Shown here one piece after another: positions 25,096 through 36,229 of a stretch of DNA of 64,000 bases. A model generated the notes under the pieces. That model had not been told where the DNA came from. It saw only the letters and a program-made list of their open reading frames with translations, and searched no databases. Source of the stretch: Octopus bimaculoides (taxonomy: Eukaryota); contig NC_068993.1 of the NCBI RefSeq assembly GCF_001194135.2, forward strand, positions 25,827,920-25,891,919, read 5' to 3'. The stretch's first letter is position 1. Every line of letters begins with the position of its first letter. A program made the position numbers and the translations under genes.

Positions 25096-25850
25096 CTGTA
25101 TATACATATAGTGGCATACATACAGTTTTGGTCTCCTGTATGTAAGTATGTATATATATATATATATTCTGTATGATTCTTTTACTCTTTCTTTTAGCCC
25201 CTTCACACTTTCCACTTTTCTTTTTCTCGCTCCCACTCTCTCACATTTCTTGGCCTTCCCTTTATTATCATCATTTTCCCACCTCCTTTACTTTACTCTG
25301 TCCCTTTCCTTTCTTTTTCTCTCTTTCTCATCCCTTCCTAATTTTTCAATCCCTCTGTCACTCCTTCTCCTTTCACATGACCGGTGTTCTGCCAAACCTG
25401 ACTTTTCTTTCTTGGTTCAACTACCATCTGAGTAGCATCTCTTGTATTCCTTCCTATGACTTTCATCTCTTATGCTCCTGCTGTAAGACTTCACTTGTGC
25501 ACATACCAGCTTAATTTAATTTGTTTTTAGTCAAAAGACACTTGTTGTTAATGTCCTGTTGTTTGTTTTTGTAATTGTGTGCCATTTCTCTGTTTTTTCG
25601 TCCTTGTTTTCATATACATTCGCTTGCTTTCTTCCAAAGAGTTTAGTGCTCTTAGCTTAGATTTTCTTGGGGCTGGCCAGATTGGAGCAGTCTTGAGAAT
25701 AACTGGCCAAAACTGCAACAATGATCTGGAACTCGACTGATGAAAGAAAGCTCCAAATGACCTATCCTTGTTTTCCCCTGACCTTTTTGTATCATCTAAC
25801 TGTCCAGACATTTTGTTGTTACCTGTTATGTTCTTGTTCCATTTTTTGTT
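24962..25850 (+). mobile_element. two copies (24962-25075, 25540-25850) of an interspersed repeat, possibly a Penelope pLTR
   Basis: Both contain ctgatgaaagaaagctcc..tccttgtttt..tctaactgtc..ttcttgttccattttt; family assignment is inference. Confidence 0.45.
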
Positions 25851-26039
25851 TATATATATATATAAAGATCACATATATAATGTCATTCAAATTAATTAAC
25901 TGTACTGTGTTTGCCTCTTCATTGTGATAGACCAGCTCACTTCAATACTGTCCTGAAAATATGTATGCTCTGTCCTCTCATGTTATTTTATTTTATTTCA
26001 TTCATTGGTCTCATTTTAGGTCTGTTAAATATCTCTATC

Positions 26040-27960
26040 TTGCCTCTCTCATTTCTTTGTTTCTGCCATGGGGCAGCCATGTATCTTGGTCTTTTGCAGT
26101 GTTTGCTCCCATCACCTATACCAGAAACCTTTCTTCTGTACCTGACACCTTTCTTCTGTATAGGAAACCTGTGTTGAAAGCTTTTTTCTCTCCCTCTCTC
26201 ACCATCAATACCAGCACACTATCAATGACAGTATCACGATATTAAAAAGGCATAGCTAGCATGCTTGCATTGGAAATATGACAAGTGTACTTACCACTGA
26301 ATTAATTATCAGTTTCTTCTGGTAGACACAACAAATGTGAAGCAAATAAATGATGGTAAATTAAATGTAGGGTGAAATTTATATGGTATGGCTGTTGGCA
26401 AATGTCCATGCAAACCTTTTCAGATGCTGAATGCTGTCTCCCATCCTCCGTTCCCTCTTGCCACCCCTTCTTCACCCTTAGAGTTCACACACTCAATATA
26501 GGCACCTTGAGAGGTAGGTCTGGTGAGATTGTTAAGACAGTAAAACAGAAACATGTGGGTGCATATTGCATTCAAGAAGTAAGGTGGAGGGGAGCTTCTT
26601 CCAGATTTCTCACAGCCACAGAACATACATATAAAATCTTCTGTGGGTAGGCAACAGTGATGGGGTTGGTGATGTAGCATACTTCTTGCTGATAAATGGT
26701 TTGATAAGGCAACTGAGGTAGTCAGAGTGTGTAACAGGATACACATGCTTAGACTAGTTTTACAAAGTAATACAGCAATTATTATTTCTTCTTATATTCC
26801 TCAAATGGGACTTCCACATTAACAGAATGATCGATTTTATGACACCCTTTAGCAGACTAGCTCGTTGACAAATGATAGTGACCTTTGTGGCTTGTGACTT
26901 CAATGGGCATGTTAGGCAGCATCTGGTGGCTTCCATGGTGTGCATGGAGGCTGCGGAATTGGTTTCTGCAATGAGGAAGGAACAAGGCTAATGCGATGCA
27001 AATGACCTAATGATCTACTACACAAACTTCAGGAAACCAGTCTCAGTCAGCTGTTCACCTATCAATCTGGTGGAAACACAAGCCAGGTAGACAACCTTCT
27101 CACCAGAAAGTGGAAAAGGTGGCTGCTTATAAAAGCAAAAATCTTTCCAGGTGAAGAGTGCACTCCTCAGCATAGATTAGTCATCAGTAACTTCAGACTT
27201 TGGACTAGAAGGATTCAAAGAAACAAACTAGTCTGGAAAAGGAAGATTTGGAAGCTTATGGATCCTCTAAATAGTCAGAGATTTGGAGACATTCTAATTG
27301 AAGCATTTGACAAGGAAGAGATTGGTTACATATAACATATAGCAAGTCAATTGCAAATTCTTGTGGAACAACTTAATGAAGGCCTCTAATCAAATTTGTA
27401 ACTGGTCCAAAGTTCCAACCAGACCTAGGGTGAAATGCTGGTGGAACAGTGTAGTAGACAGGGCCAGTAAAGCATGGAAACAGATCTCAAAGAAATGGAA
27501 GAGTAGCAGTTGCAAAAATTTATATGAGGTAGCTAGAAGGAATGCTAGGAAACAAGTATATTTATCTAAAGGAGAAGGAAACAGGAAGAATTTTGTCAAT
27601 GTTTTGCAGCATATGAACCAGAAGCTTGAGATGTTTTGGATTACAAAACAGTGTGTCAGAGAAAATTGTGGGGTTGTGGGAGAGAAGTGTGTTCACATAG
27701 ATGATGATTCAATTGTACTTAGTGATTCTGCAAAGAAAGCGACTTGGAAGAACCTCTGTGCAAGACTACTGATGTGGAGAATGCATGGGAAAAGGAAAGT
27801 CTACCTAATCTGAACCCAACAGAGGGTCTTGATATCTAAGTCAACAGTAGGTTGGCAGGTAAAGCAATTAAAGATATGAAGACAAGGATAACCCCAGGCT
27901 CATCAGGAATCACCACTGAAATACTTCAAATATCTGCCAGAGTGAGATATAGCCTTGTGT
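26040..27960 (+). mobile_element. RTE-clade LINE 5' half (5'UTR, AP endonuclease, start of RT), decayed
   Basis: TLRVHTLNIGTLRGRSGEIV..CIQEVRWRGAS; CWWNSVVDRA..AWK; AGKAIKDMK..PGSSGITTEIL. The 5'UTR is shared with the inverted copy at 57170-57975. Confidence 0.9.
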
Positions 27961-28136
27961 CTGTACTTAGCTATAAAAGTATAGCTGCAGTGGTTATGGG
28001 ATGTAGCATGAATCATGCCCCTCTTATACCTTGACATCTTTAATTTAGTTCTTGGTGTAGCATAGCTTTGGTCGATTCTGTTTAAGCAGCTCTATGGCAA
28101 CCCACATGGCCAGAACCCCAGTTATGAAGTGAACTA

Positions 28137-29200
28137 CCATCATCATCATCATCATCCTTTAATGTCCGTTTTCCAAGCTGGTATGGGTTGAACGGTTTGA
28201 CTAGAGAACTGTATCAGGTTCTAGTCTGATTTGGTTTAGTTTCTATGGCTGGATGTCCTTCTTAATGCCAATCACTTTACAATGTGTGCTGGCTGCTTTT
28301 AACATGGCACTGGTATGAGTGCTTTTACATGGCACTGACACAGGACTCTTCTAGGCTAATCCTCTTCACTGAAGGATGCAGCCTTAACACTTCTGCTGTA
28401 GAGAATGGGTCATTTTGAGTACAGCAAGGCACTAGGTGTCTTGGTCCTTTGTCATCTTATCCAAAAGTTCAGCGTTCTGAGGTCATCCTTCAGTACTTCA
28501 TCCCATATCTTCCTAGGTCTCCCTCCTCCATGAGTTCCATCCATTTTGAGTGATCAGCACTTCTTTATGGAGCTGTCAACATCCATCCATATCACATGAC
28601 CAAACCAGCGCAGTTTTCTCTCTTGCACACTCCACCCAATTCCTCTTATGCTTAACTTCTCTCTCAATACACTAACACTCTGTCACACATGTACACTTAC
28701 ATTATACATCCAGTGGATCACACTAGCTTCATTCCTCTCTAGCCTTTACATGTCCTCTGCATTCAGGGCTCATGTCTCACTACCATGTAGAATTGCTGTT
28801 AGTATGCATGCATCATATAATCTTCCTTTCACTCTTAAGTTGTCAACAGAGTTAAAAGCTCTCTGAATTTTCTCCATCCTATTTTCATTCTAGCAATTAC
28901 ACTCTCTGTACATCTTCCCTTGCTACTAATTAGGTGCCCTAGGTAGCAGAAATTATCCACTCCCTCTAAAAACCCTCTGAGGCATTTCAGAAAATCGATT
29001 TCCCAAGTATTTGTTGTTTTTATGGCTCCTGTGCACCTTCCACATACAAACACCACTTTCTCTGATAATTTTCCTATTATTCTACTGCACTTCTTGTGTG
29101 TCCTTAACTTGCATTGGGTACACCATATAGAATTCCCACTTACACCTTTCCTACAAATTGAACAGGACCATACTAGACTAAAATATATCCTGGACACTGG
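28137..29200 (-). mobile_element. RTE-clade LINE 3' half with PHD-like finger and (GAT)n tail
   Basis: WSCSICRKGVSGNSIWCTQCKLRTHKKCS..FVCGRCTG..VDNFCYLG..GWRKFRELL; the 3' tail matches SINE family C. Confidence 0.9.
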
Positions 29201-29282
29201 ATAATTTTTGAAAGCATAATCTACCCATCTGTTACTTTACTTATATAATACCAATATATGTTCTGTTATTACATTTACTTAC

Positions 29283-29408
29283 CAATGCACTGGGACTTGT
29301 CTTCACTAAGAACAAAACTTTTTGTACATTTGCAGTAGTATGATCCAACAGTATTAAAACATTTCCCACCACTGCAGGCTTTCCTATAACGTTCACATTC
29401 ATTTAGAT
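29283..29408 (-). CDS. cbEGF exon 3
   Basis: tttgtttttgtag|AT CTA AAT GAA TGT ... TGC ATT G|gtaagt; 126 nt, phase 1-1; DLNECERYRKACSGGKCFNTVGSYYCKCTKSFVLSEDKSQCI. Confidence 0.95.
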
Positions 29409-29947
29409 CTACAAAAACAAATAAAAAAGAAATAATCAATATGCATGTGTGTATACCTACCTTCCTACATACATGCAGGCATGCATACACATATATAACA
29501 TCAGTGTATATATTTTGAGAGTTATTATATACAAGTAAACTTCTGACACATGTGAATGTGATATTATAGTTGGTATTTAAAGGAGACAATTTTTTCAAGT
29601 TTTCTACATTGAACTAAAAAAGAGAAAAATATGAATAACTTTGTATACAATATTTTCTCTGAATGTTAGATAGTTTAAATTCCTACTTTTATGAAAAATA
29701 CACCAAACAAAAAAAATTTTAATTTGAAAGGATCTTGAATTGAAATAGATACCATTTTTCCTGACCTTTTACACTAAGGTATTATTGTTATGGTTATTTC
29801 TTACAATTTTGCTGTAGTGACATGTTCAAAGTAACAAACAGCTTCAGATTTACAAAGAAGGAGAGAATTGTTTTATAACAACCACACCAAAATGAAGCTT
29901 AAATGGAAGGAAGTAAAATGAATCCACTTAATAATATATGATCATGT

Positions 29948-30150
29948 AAGGCAGTGAGCTGCTGCAATCATTAGCTTGTTGGCCAAAATCCTTAGCAGCA
30001 TTTCATCCGTCTTTAGATTCTAAGTTCAAATTCCACTGAAGTCTTTCATCCTTTCGGAGTCAATCAAATAAGTACCAATTGAGCACTGGGGGTGATTTAA
30101 TTGACTAAGCCCCTCCCCAAAATTGCTGGCCTTGTGTCAAAATTTGAAAC
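29948..30150 (+). mobile_element. SINE family A
   Basis: aaggcagtgagctg head; ctttcatcctttcggagtcaatcaaataagtacc core. Confidence 0.85.
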
Positions 30151-30399
30151 TATTATGTCACTATGATACTTTGAGTATGGCATGACAATAACAATATCTT
30201 ATTTTTCCTCTGCATTAAATCTAAAGTCTAGCTCTCATATATAAAAAAATATTGTCAATATTGATTTAAATCAGATTTTAAGTTAGAAACTTCTATGTCA
30301 TGGATATGTGATAAAATTAAAATTTTCTGATGACCTCAATCAACAATGATAACCATCACATTACTCCAGCTTTTGCTCAACATTGATAGTGGCCTGATG

Positions 30400-30860
30400 A
30401 TCACTTAGACCGACTTTAATTTCAGATAATCTCTTTCATTCTGACCTTTCAGGTTCTACTAAAGACCTTGGTTTGTATGTCTAGTTTGTAGGAGTCTTGC
30501 AGCATGGCCCAAAAGCATTTGCAATCAAATATATCAAGTTTGCTCAATTGATGAGTTTGCCGATGCCATGTCTCAAAGCCTATAATACAGTGCCAGTAAA
30601 GACATCTTTGTATTGCCTGAAAGTTTACTATTTCATATCTTGGGCAGTCAGTTGAACACAGCTGAAACTTTTGTCATTTTTTGTTGAGGTTTATGAAGCT
30701 TCCAAGGTAGTTGAAGCTTCTCTTTCACTTCTAGTTCACTCTGATTAATGTTCTGCCAATCGCTTTAGCCAAGTGCATTTGTCTTTCTACTAACTTTATG
30801 CTGACCTTTGTGTCATATTCTGTTAGATGTATAGATTTAATCTGTAGCCTGGTTTAAGAC
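30400..30860 (-). mobile_element. decayed RTE/L2-type LINE RT C-terminal fragment
   Basis: Frameshifted ELEVKEK.NYLGSFIN..IGFETW..LSKLDIFDCKCFWAML motifs. Confidence 0.55.
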
Positions 30861-31083
30861 CACTGCTTGACCATTAAGTATTGTTAGTGCAGTCCACTTT
30901 GTTGCAAGTATTTGAACAAGATCTCCAGTTTGGCGATAATCCACCAATCTTAGAGACTCTACGAAAATATCATTGGTATTATGCTTCCTCCTCAAAGTAG
31001 GTTCTAGAAAATAACTCTCAAGGTGTTTCCCCAGTCTGATCACAGTCAAATGACTGAAACTAGTGGAAAACACAGATGTTTAA

Positions 31084-31304
31084 CCCTTTAGCTTTTAAAC
31101 TGGTTGTATCTGACCCAAATATTCTACCTGTTTTATGTACAAACCAGCCAGATCTTGCTTCTCATACTTATTCTATAATGTCATTCTAGAAAATAAACAA
31201 TCACATCCATGAAATCTCAAAGCTACACAATAATGCATGAATAATTCAAAATAATGTGAATAAATAAGCATTACATCTGACAGAATAATCTGAATGCTAA
31301 AGGG
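31084..31304. mobile_element. piggyBac-type MITE, copy 1
   Basis: TTAA|CCCTTTAGC ... GCTAAAGGG|TTGA; 221 bp; second copy at 34570-34779. Confidence 0.75.
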
Positions 31305-31455
31305 TTGATCCAGAATTATAGCAACTAACATTTTATGTAACTATTTTTAAGTGTCTAAATTTTAAAAAAAAATGGGACTATTCTTTTATATTGATTTTTC
31401 ATTTTTTTAGTTATCTCTGCAAAGAGTGAAGCTGATTCTAAAGAAAGTCACTTAC

Positions 31456-31581
31456 CTTCACAGGAATGTTGATCTGCTGCTAATTTGTAACCTCTTCTCT
31501 CACAACGACACTTATATGAGCCATGTATATTTTCACATCTGTCAGAACAGCCACCATTATTGATGGAACATTCATCAAAGT
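31456..31581 (-). CDS. cbEGF exon 2 (not in ORF track)
   Basis: ttttttcctgcaag|AC TTT GAT GAA TGT ... TCC TGT GAA G|gtaagt; 126 nt, phase 1-1; [42 protein letters not shown]. Confidence 0.95.
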
Positions 31582-31898
31582 CTTGCAGGAAAAAACAACA
31601 GTGAAAGAAAAAAACAAAGATCAGATATTATTGGAAGCAATATAACTAAAGATTGTTAGTACAAGTCTCAATCCATCTTTCAAAATTGTCAAAGCAATTA
31701 ACATTAGTTAATCAGTTAGAAAATTGAAGGTTAATCAAAAAGACACAAGAAATAGTGATGACACTAGATCATAGAGCAGAGTCGTCTTACACGTAATCAT
31801 ATCTTTAACATTTTAGTTTCTAATTAAAGTGAGTTTTTAATCAGACATGGCTGGGAAAAATAAACATTTAGTGCATATAATTAGAGTAGAATATGACT

Positions 31899-31930
<32 letters not shown>

Positions 31931-32210
31931 ACATTTGTGTGTCTGTTTGTGTATATGTTGTGTAGGTATGTGTGCTGTTGTATGCATGCGCATGCTTTCA
32001 AGAGAATGAGACAAAGCTGCTTTTTCAAGGCAAACTTTTCAATAAGTTTTCTTATTTTCAGAAATGATTTAATAATAGATTTAATATAATTTATTGAACT
32101 TTATGTCACATCAGGCAATGATTTACAGATAACTTATGTGTTATCGTAAAAAACAATGATATATTGATAATTGAAGCAGTGATAACTATGTTATTGTNNN
32201 NNNNNNNNNN

Positions 32211-32260
<50 letters not shown>

Positions 32261-32444
32261 TGGTATTGTATTTAGTAGTGATATAGAAGTAACAAAATAT
32301 CACATTAAGCATTGATATATGCAGAGTAACTGTTGTTATATTAAACAGATATATTCAGATAACCAGATATTATAATAAGCAGTGACATATAAATAATTTA
32401 AATATTAAGCAGTGAAATAAAGGGAGAGAGAAAGACAGACAGAC

Positions 32445-32462
32445 AGAGAGGAGTAGATAGAT

Positions 32463-32550
<88 letters not shown>

Positions 32551-32610
32551 TTAGATAGACTGATAGATAGATAGACTGACAGATAGATAGACAGATGGAT
32601 AGACAGATAA
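32445..32610. repeat. (AGAT)n microsatellite
   Basis: Direct inspection. Confidence 0.95.
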
Positions 32611-32864
32611 TTGATGTCAAATTAAGCAGTAAAATATAGAAAACTTGTTCTCATATCAGTAAGTATTTGAGAGTGTTTCTATGGCATGCATCATTTGTAC
32701 TACAGGCATCCCTCTTATTACAATAAGTTCTGTTATTGAATTCTGCACTCACATATATTGTAAAGTATAACCACTAATTTTGAAATACAGTCTGCAATTT
32801 TGTCATGAAGGATGTTCAGGAAAATTTTAACAATTATAAAAACCAAAATCATGATGGATATATA

Positions 32865-34191
32865 CACAGACATGACAGAAGTAAATAGACACCCATAAAA
32901 CATCATTTTATCTCTTTTATCTCTTTTACTTGTTTCAGTCATTTGACTGCGGCCATGCTGGAGCACTGCCTTTAGTCAAGCATGTTTACTTTAACTTGTA
33001 AAGATTTATATTTTTTTATTAATTGACATTTTTACATTTCAGATTCTATATGTGACTGTTTAATCATGCCATATACAAAAGAAACCTTGAAACTGTCTGA
33101 ATTTCAAAGAGGTCATATCGTGGGTCACCCTGAAGGTGGACATAATCAGCAGAAAATTGCAGAAAATCTAGGGATCCCGCTTTCTACAGTTAACAGAGTG
33201 ATTGTGCAATTCACCAGAGTGAGTAAGGATCCCCGTTACCTTGCCCAGGTTGATCAGGGCTCCCTGACAGGACCCTTCTCTTTGTTAAGAGAAGTGTGGA
33301 GGATAATCCTTGTTGCAAGGCCTCTGACATAGCTGAACAAGTTGATGTCAATCCCAGAACAGCTATCAGGTATCTCCACAGACTTAGTTACTATGGCAGA
33401 GCAGCAAGAAAGAAGCCACTTCTTTGACTAGCCATTATCAAGCAGAGAAAAGATTGGGTCAGTGAGATGGTAGAAAGACCACTAGCATATTGGGACACTC
33501 TGTCATATTCTCCAATGAGTCCAGATTTGCTGTATTTTCTGACTGCAGTCAAGTGTGGGTCTGAAGATTCTGTGATCAAGAATTTGATTTGAAAAGATTG
33601 CAGCCAACAATGAAACATGGCAACTATTCTGTGATGGTCTGCAGAGCAATTTGGAGCAATTGTCAGTCAGAGCTGGTGGAGTGTGAGGGAAACATAAACT
33701 CAGATAAATGTGTCCATATTGCAGAAAGGACTCCTTCCAATCTTCTCCAGTGGTAAAATGATTAAAGAAGGTTCTTTATTTATGGAAGATGGGGCTCCTT
33801 GCCACATAGCTAAAATGACCCAAGATCTGTTGGATGAGAATGGCATTAAAAAGCTTCCATGGCCAAGTCAGTCACCAGATATGAACCTTATTGAACACTT
33901 CTAGGGCATAATAGACAGGACACTTCATAAAAAGAACAAGAAAGCATCCTCAAAGCCAGATCTTTTGAGATTATTGCATGAAACTTGGCAAGAAATTCCT
34001 CGAGAGAATATTCGTCATCTAATCAGTAACATGCCTAATAGGGTCCTTGCACTGAAAAATGCAAGGGGCATGTCTACTAAATATTAAATATTCACATTAT
34101 AATGATTAATAAATAATTTGAATGTACAATTTCAGATTTAAATAAATTTTAACGATTATAAGAGTGTCAATATACTTCTGTCATATCTGTG
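32865..34191 (+). mobile_element. near full-length Tc1 (DD34E) element; transposase pseudogene 33066-34087
   Basis: TIRs cacagacatgacagaagtaaatagacaccc vs reverse complement of 34162-34191 (26/30 identical), TA on both sides. [39 protein letters not shown]-(34 aa spacing)-PDMNLIE..MSTKY*; frameshifts and stops; SINE B fragment at 32905-32985. Confidence 0.92.
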
Positions 34192-34569
34192 TATATTTTA
34201 AACCACACCACCATCTATACATTACCTTCTCCACCTCAGCAATTCAAATGAGCTTGTTTATCATTGATCTCAATATTCTTGCAACCATTTACTCATTCCC
34301 TCCATGCCACCTCCTCACCTGGTTTGTGTATGCATAAATTCAACTCACCTGGGTTTTGTTAGTAAATTTTATGAAACACTACTTCCTCCCCATTTGACAC
34401 TTTCGCCCTTTTCATTTTATCAAACAGTCCAACCCATGCAAGCATTGAAAATGGACAGTAAATGATGACAATGATGATTTTGTGAACTAAAGTAATATGA
34501 GAACTACTTTTTGCCAAAGCAGATCATCATTACCTCCTAGGATTCCAATATTTAACTATTCATGTTTAA

Positions 34570-34779
34570 CCCTTTAGTGATTAAACATCTGGCCAAAATA
34601 TTTTACCTGCGTTATATTCAAACTGGCCAAATCTGGTTCCTCACACCTATCTTACAATGTCAATTTAAAAATAAATTACTCCATCAAAATCTTGAAGATA
34701 TGGGATAATGCATGATTAATTCAAAACAATGTGAATAAATAAGCATTATATCTAACAGAATAATCTGAATTCTAAAGGG
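34570..34779. mobile_element. piggyBac-type MITE, copy 2
   Basis: TTAA|CCCTTTAG ... CTAAAGGG|CTAA; internal sequence alignable to copy 1. Confidence 0.75.
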
Positions 34780-34799
34780 CTAAAGTATAGCATATTACC

Positions 34800-35620
34800 C
34801 TTATTCAAGATGTCTGAAAGTGGTCACCAAGTGGAAGTGAATGCAGTAATGCAAAAAGGACTGATAAAAGAATAACATCAAATGTTAAACTTGATGTTTG
34901 ACAATGGTTTGATGTTGAAGAAAATCTCAGCCATATTGCAAAAATATAAACGCTTGCAATGTTTACGGAAAATAGATATAAAATTTAGGTCAAGTGGCCA
35001 AGCAGGGATTCAGTAAAGTGACCTGGACTTTTTTCTTTTAAATCTGGAATGATGCCTTAAAATGGAACACCTCCCAAGTGTGTTATTCAAATAATCAAGA
35101 CTAAATTTGCTGATAAATACAAGTCATTCGGGTGAAAGCTGAGTTGGTATGAGAATTTAAGGAAAGATGAAAGTGCTATTAAAGGCTGATCTGAAAAATT
35201 TAAGGACAACTTTAAAATGACAAGTGAAGCTGACAGTGCTGCTATTAATTCTCCTAAGGATTTGAAGAAAATTTGTTGCTGATGAGGACTATACTCCTGA
35301 ACAAGTATACAATGTTGAAGAACATGTCTCCCAGGACTTAAATTTATAATGAAGAAAAATTATCATCAGGCTTTCCAAAAACCACCTCAAACTTCTTGTA
35401 GGTGATATTGCTGTTGGTGATATGAAATTAGAGTTCTGAAATGTGTATCACTTCCAAAATTATGTTACGTTCAATCCACCTGCAATTTGGCATTCAAATA
35501 GGAAAGTAAGTTTCATGTTAGGACAAAATTTTCAGGAACATGAAATCTTGTTGGGTGAAAGAATGCTTGCAGCTGCTTTTTAAAAGTTATGAAAAAGATT
35601 CAGGCTGGGAAATCTGTAAG
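34800..35620 (+). mobile_element. decayed Tigger/pogo transposase remnant
   Basis: KMTSEADSAA..EDYTPEQVYNVEE..LLVGDIAVGDMKL..VYHFQN..PAIWHSNRK follows the order of pogo DDE motifs. Confidence 0.55.
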
Positions 35621-36229
35621 TGGTTAATTATTAGGAATAGTTTGGTTCTTTGGTTTCAGTATGCTATATTCTTTTATTCTATATTCTTTATGTAGATGGT
35701 CAATATTAGGATTACATTCAGAAAATTATTCAATTTTTAATGAGGAATTTTGAAAAGAAAAAATTATTTTCTAATCACATAACCATTATTAATGACTCAT
35801 ATTTGACAAAATATTTTCTTTTTTAATTTTCTTATCAACAATAATTAATATAATAATGTATATTGATTTTTCACTAAATTACTGTAACTATTATATTTCA
35901 TTGACATATTTAATTCCTGGTATAAATCTTGATCTCTACTTTAATATATTTATTGTTATTTATATTAACTTTTGGAGAGAAAGACTGAAGAACATGCTGT
36001 TCATATCAGAGATAGGATGTTTAGATTAACTTCAATTGATGTTTAATTTGAATTCTTTAAGGTTCATTTTTAATAGGTAGATATTTGTGGAGATAATATA
36101 TGTAGCATACATGTGTATGTCAAGCAAGAAAGTATCAAAAAACAGGTTAAGTATGTACTTCCTAGTCAGGTCATTCAATATATAGTTACATAATATATTA
36201 ATAAGTGTATTACTACAGTACAAGTCAGT

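Noticed and set aside
26040-29200. Single RTE with a twin-priming inversion
   Set aside because: The two halves point 3' ends toward each other; twin priming would put the inverted 5' part on the far side from the tail. Two insertions or a later inversion is more likely.
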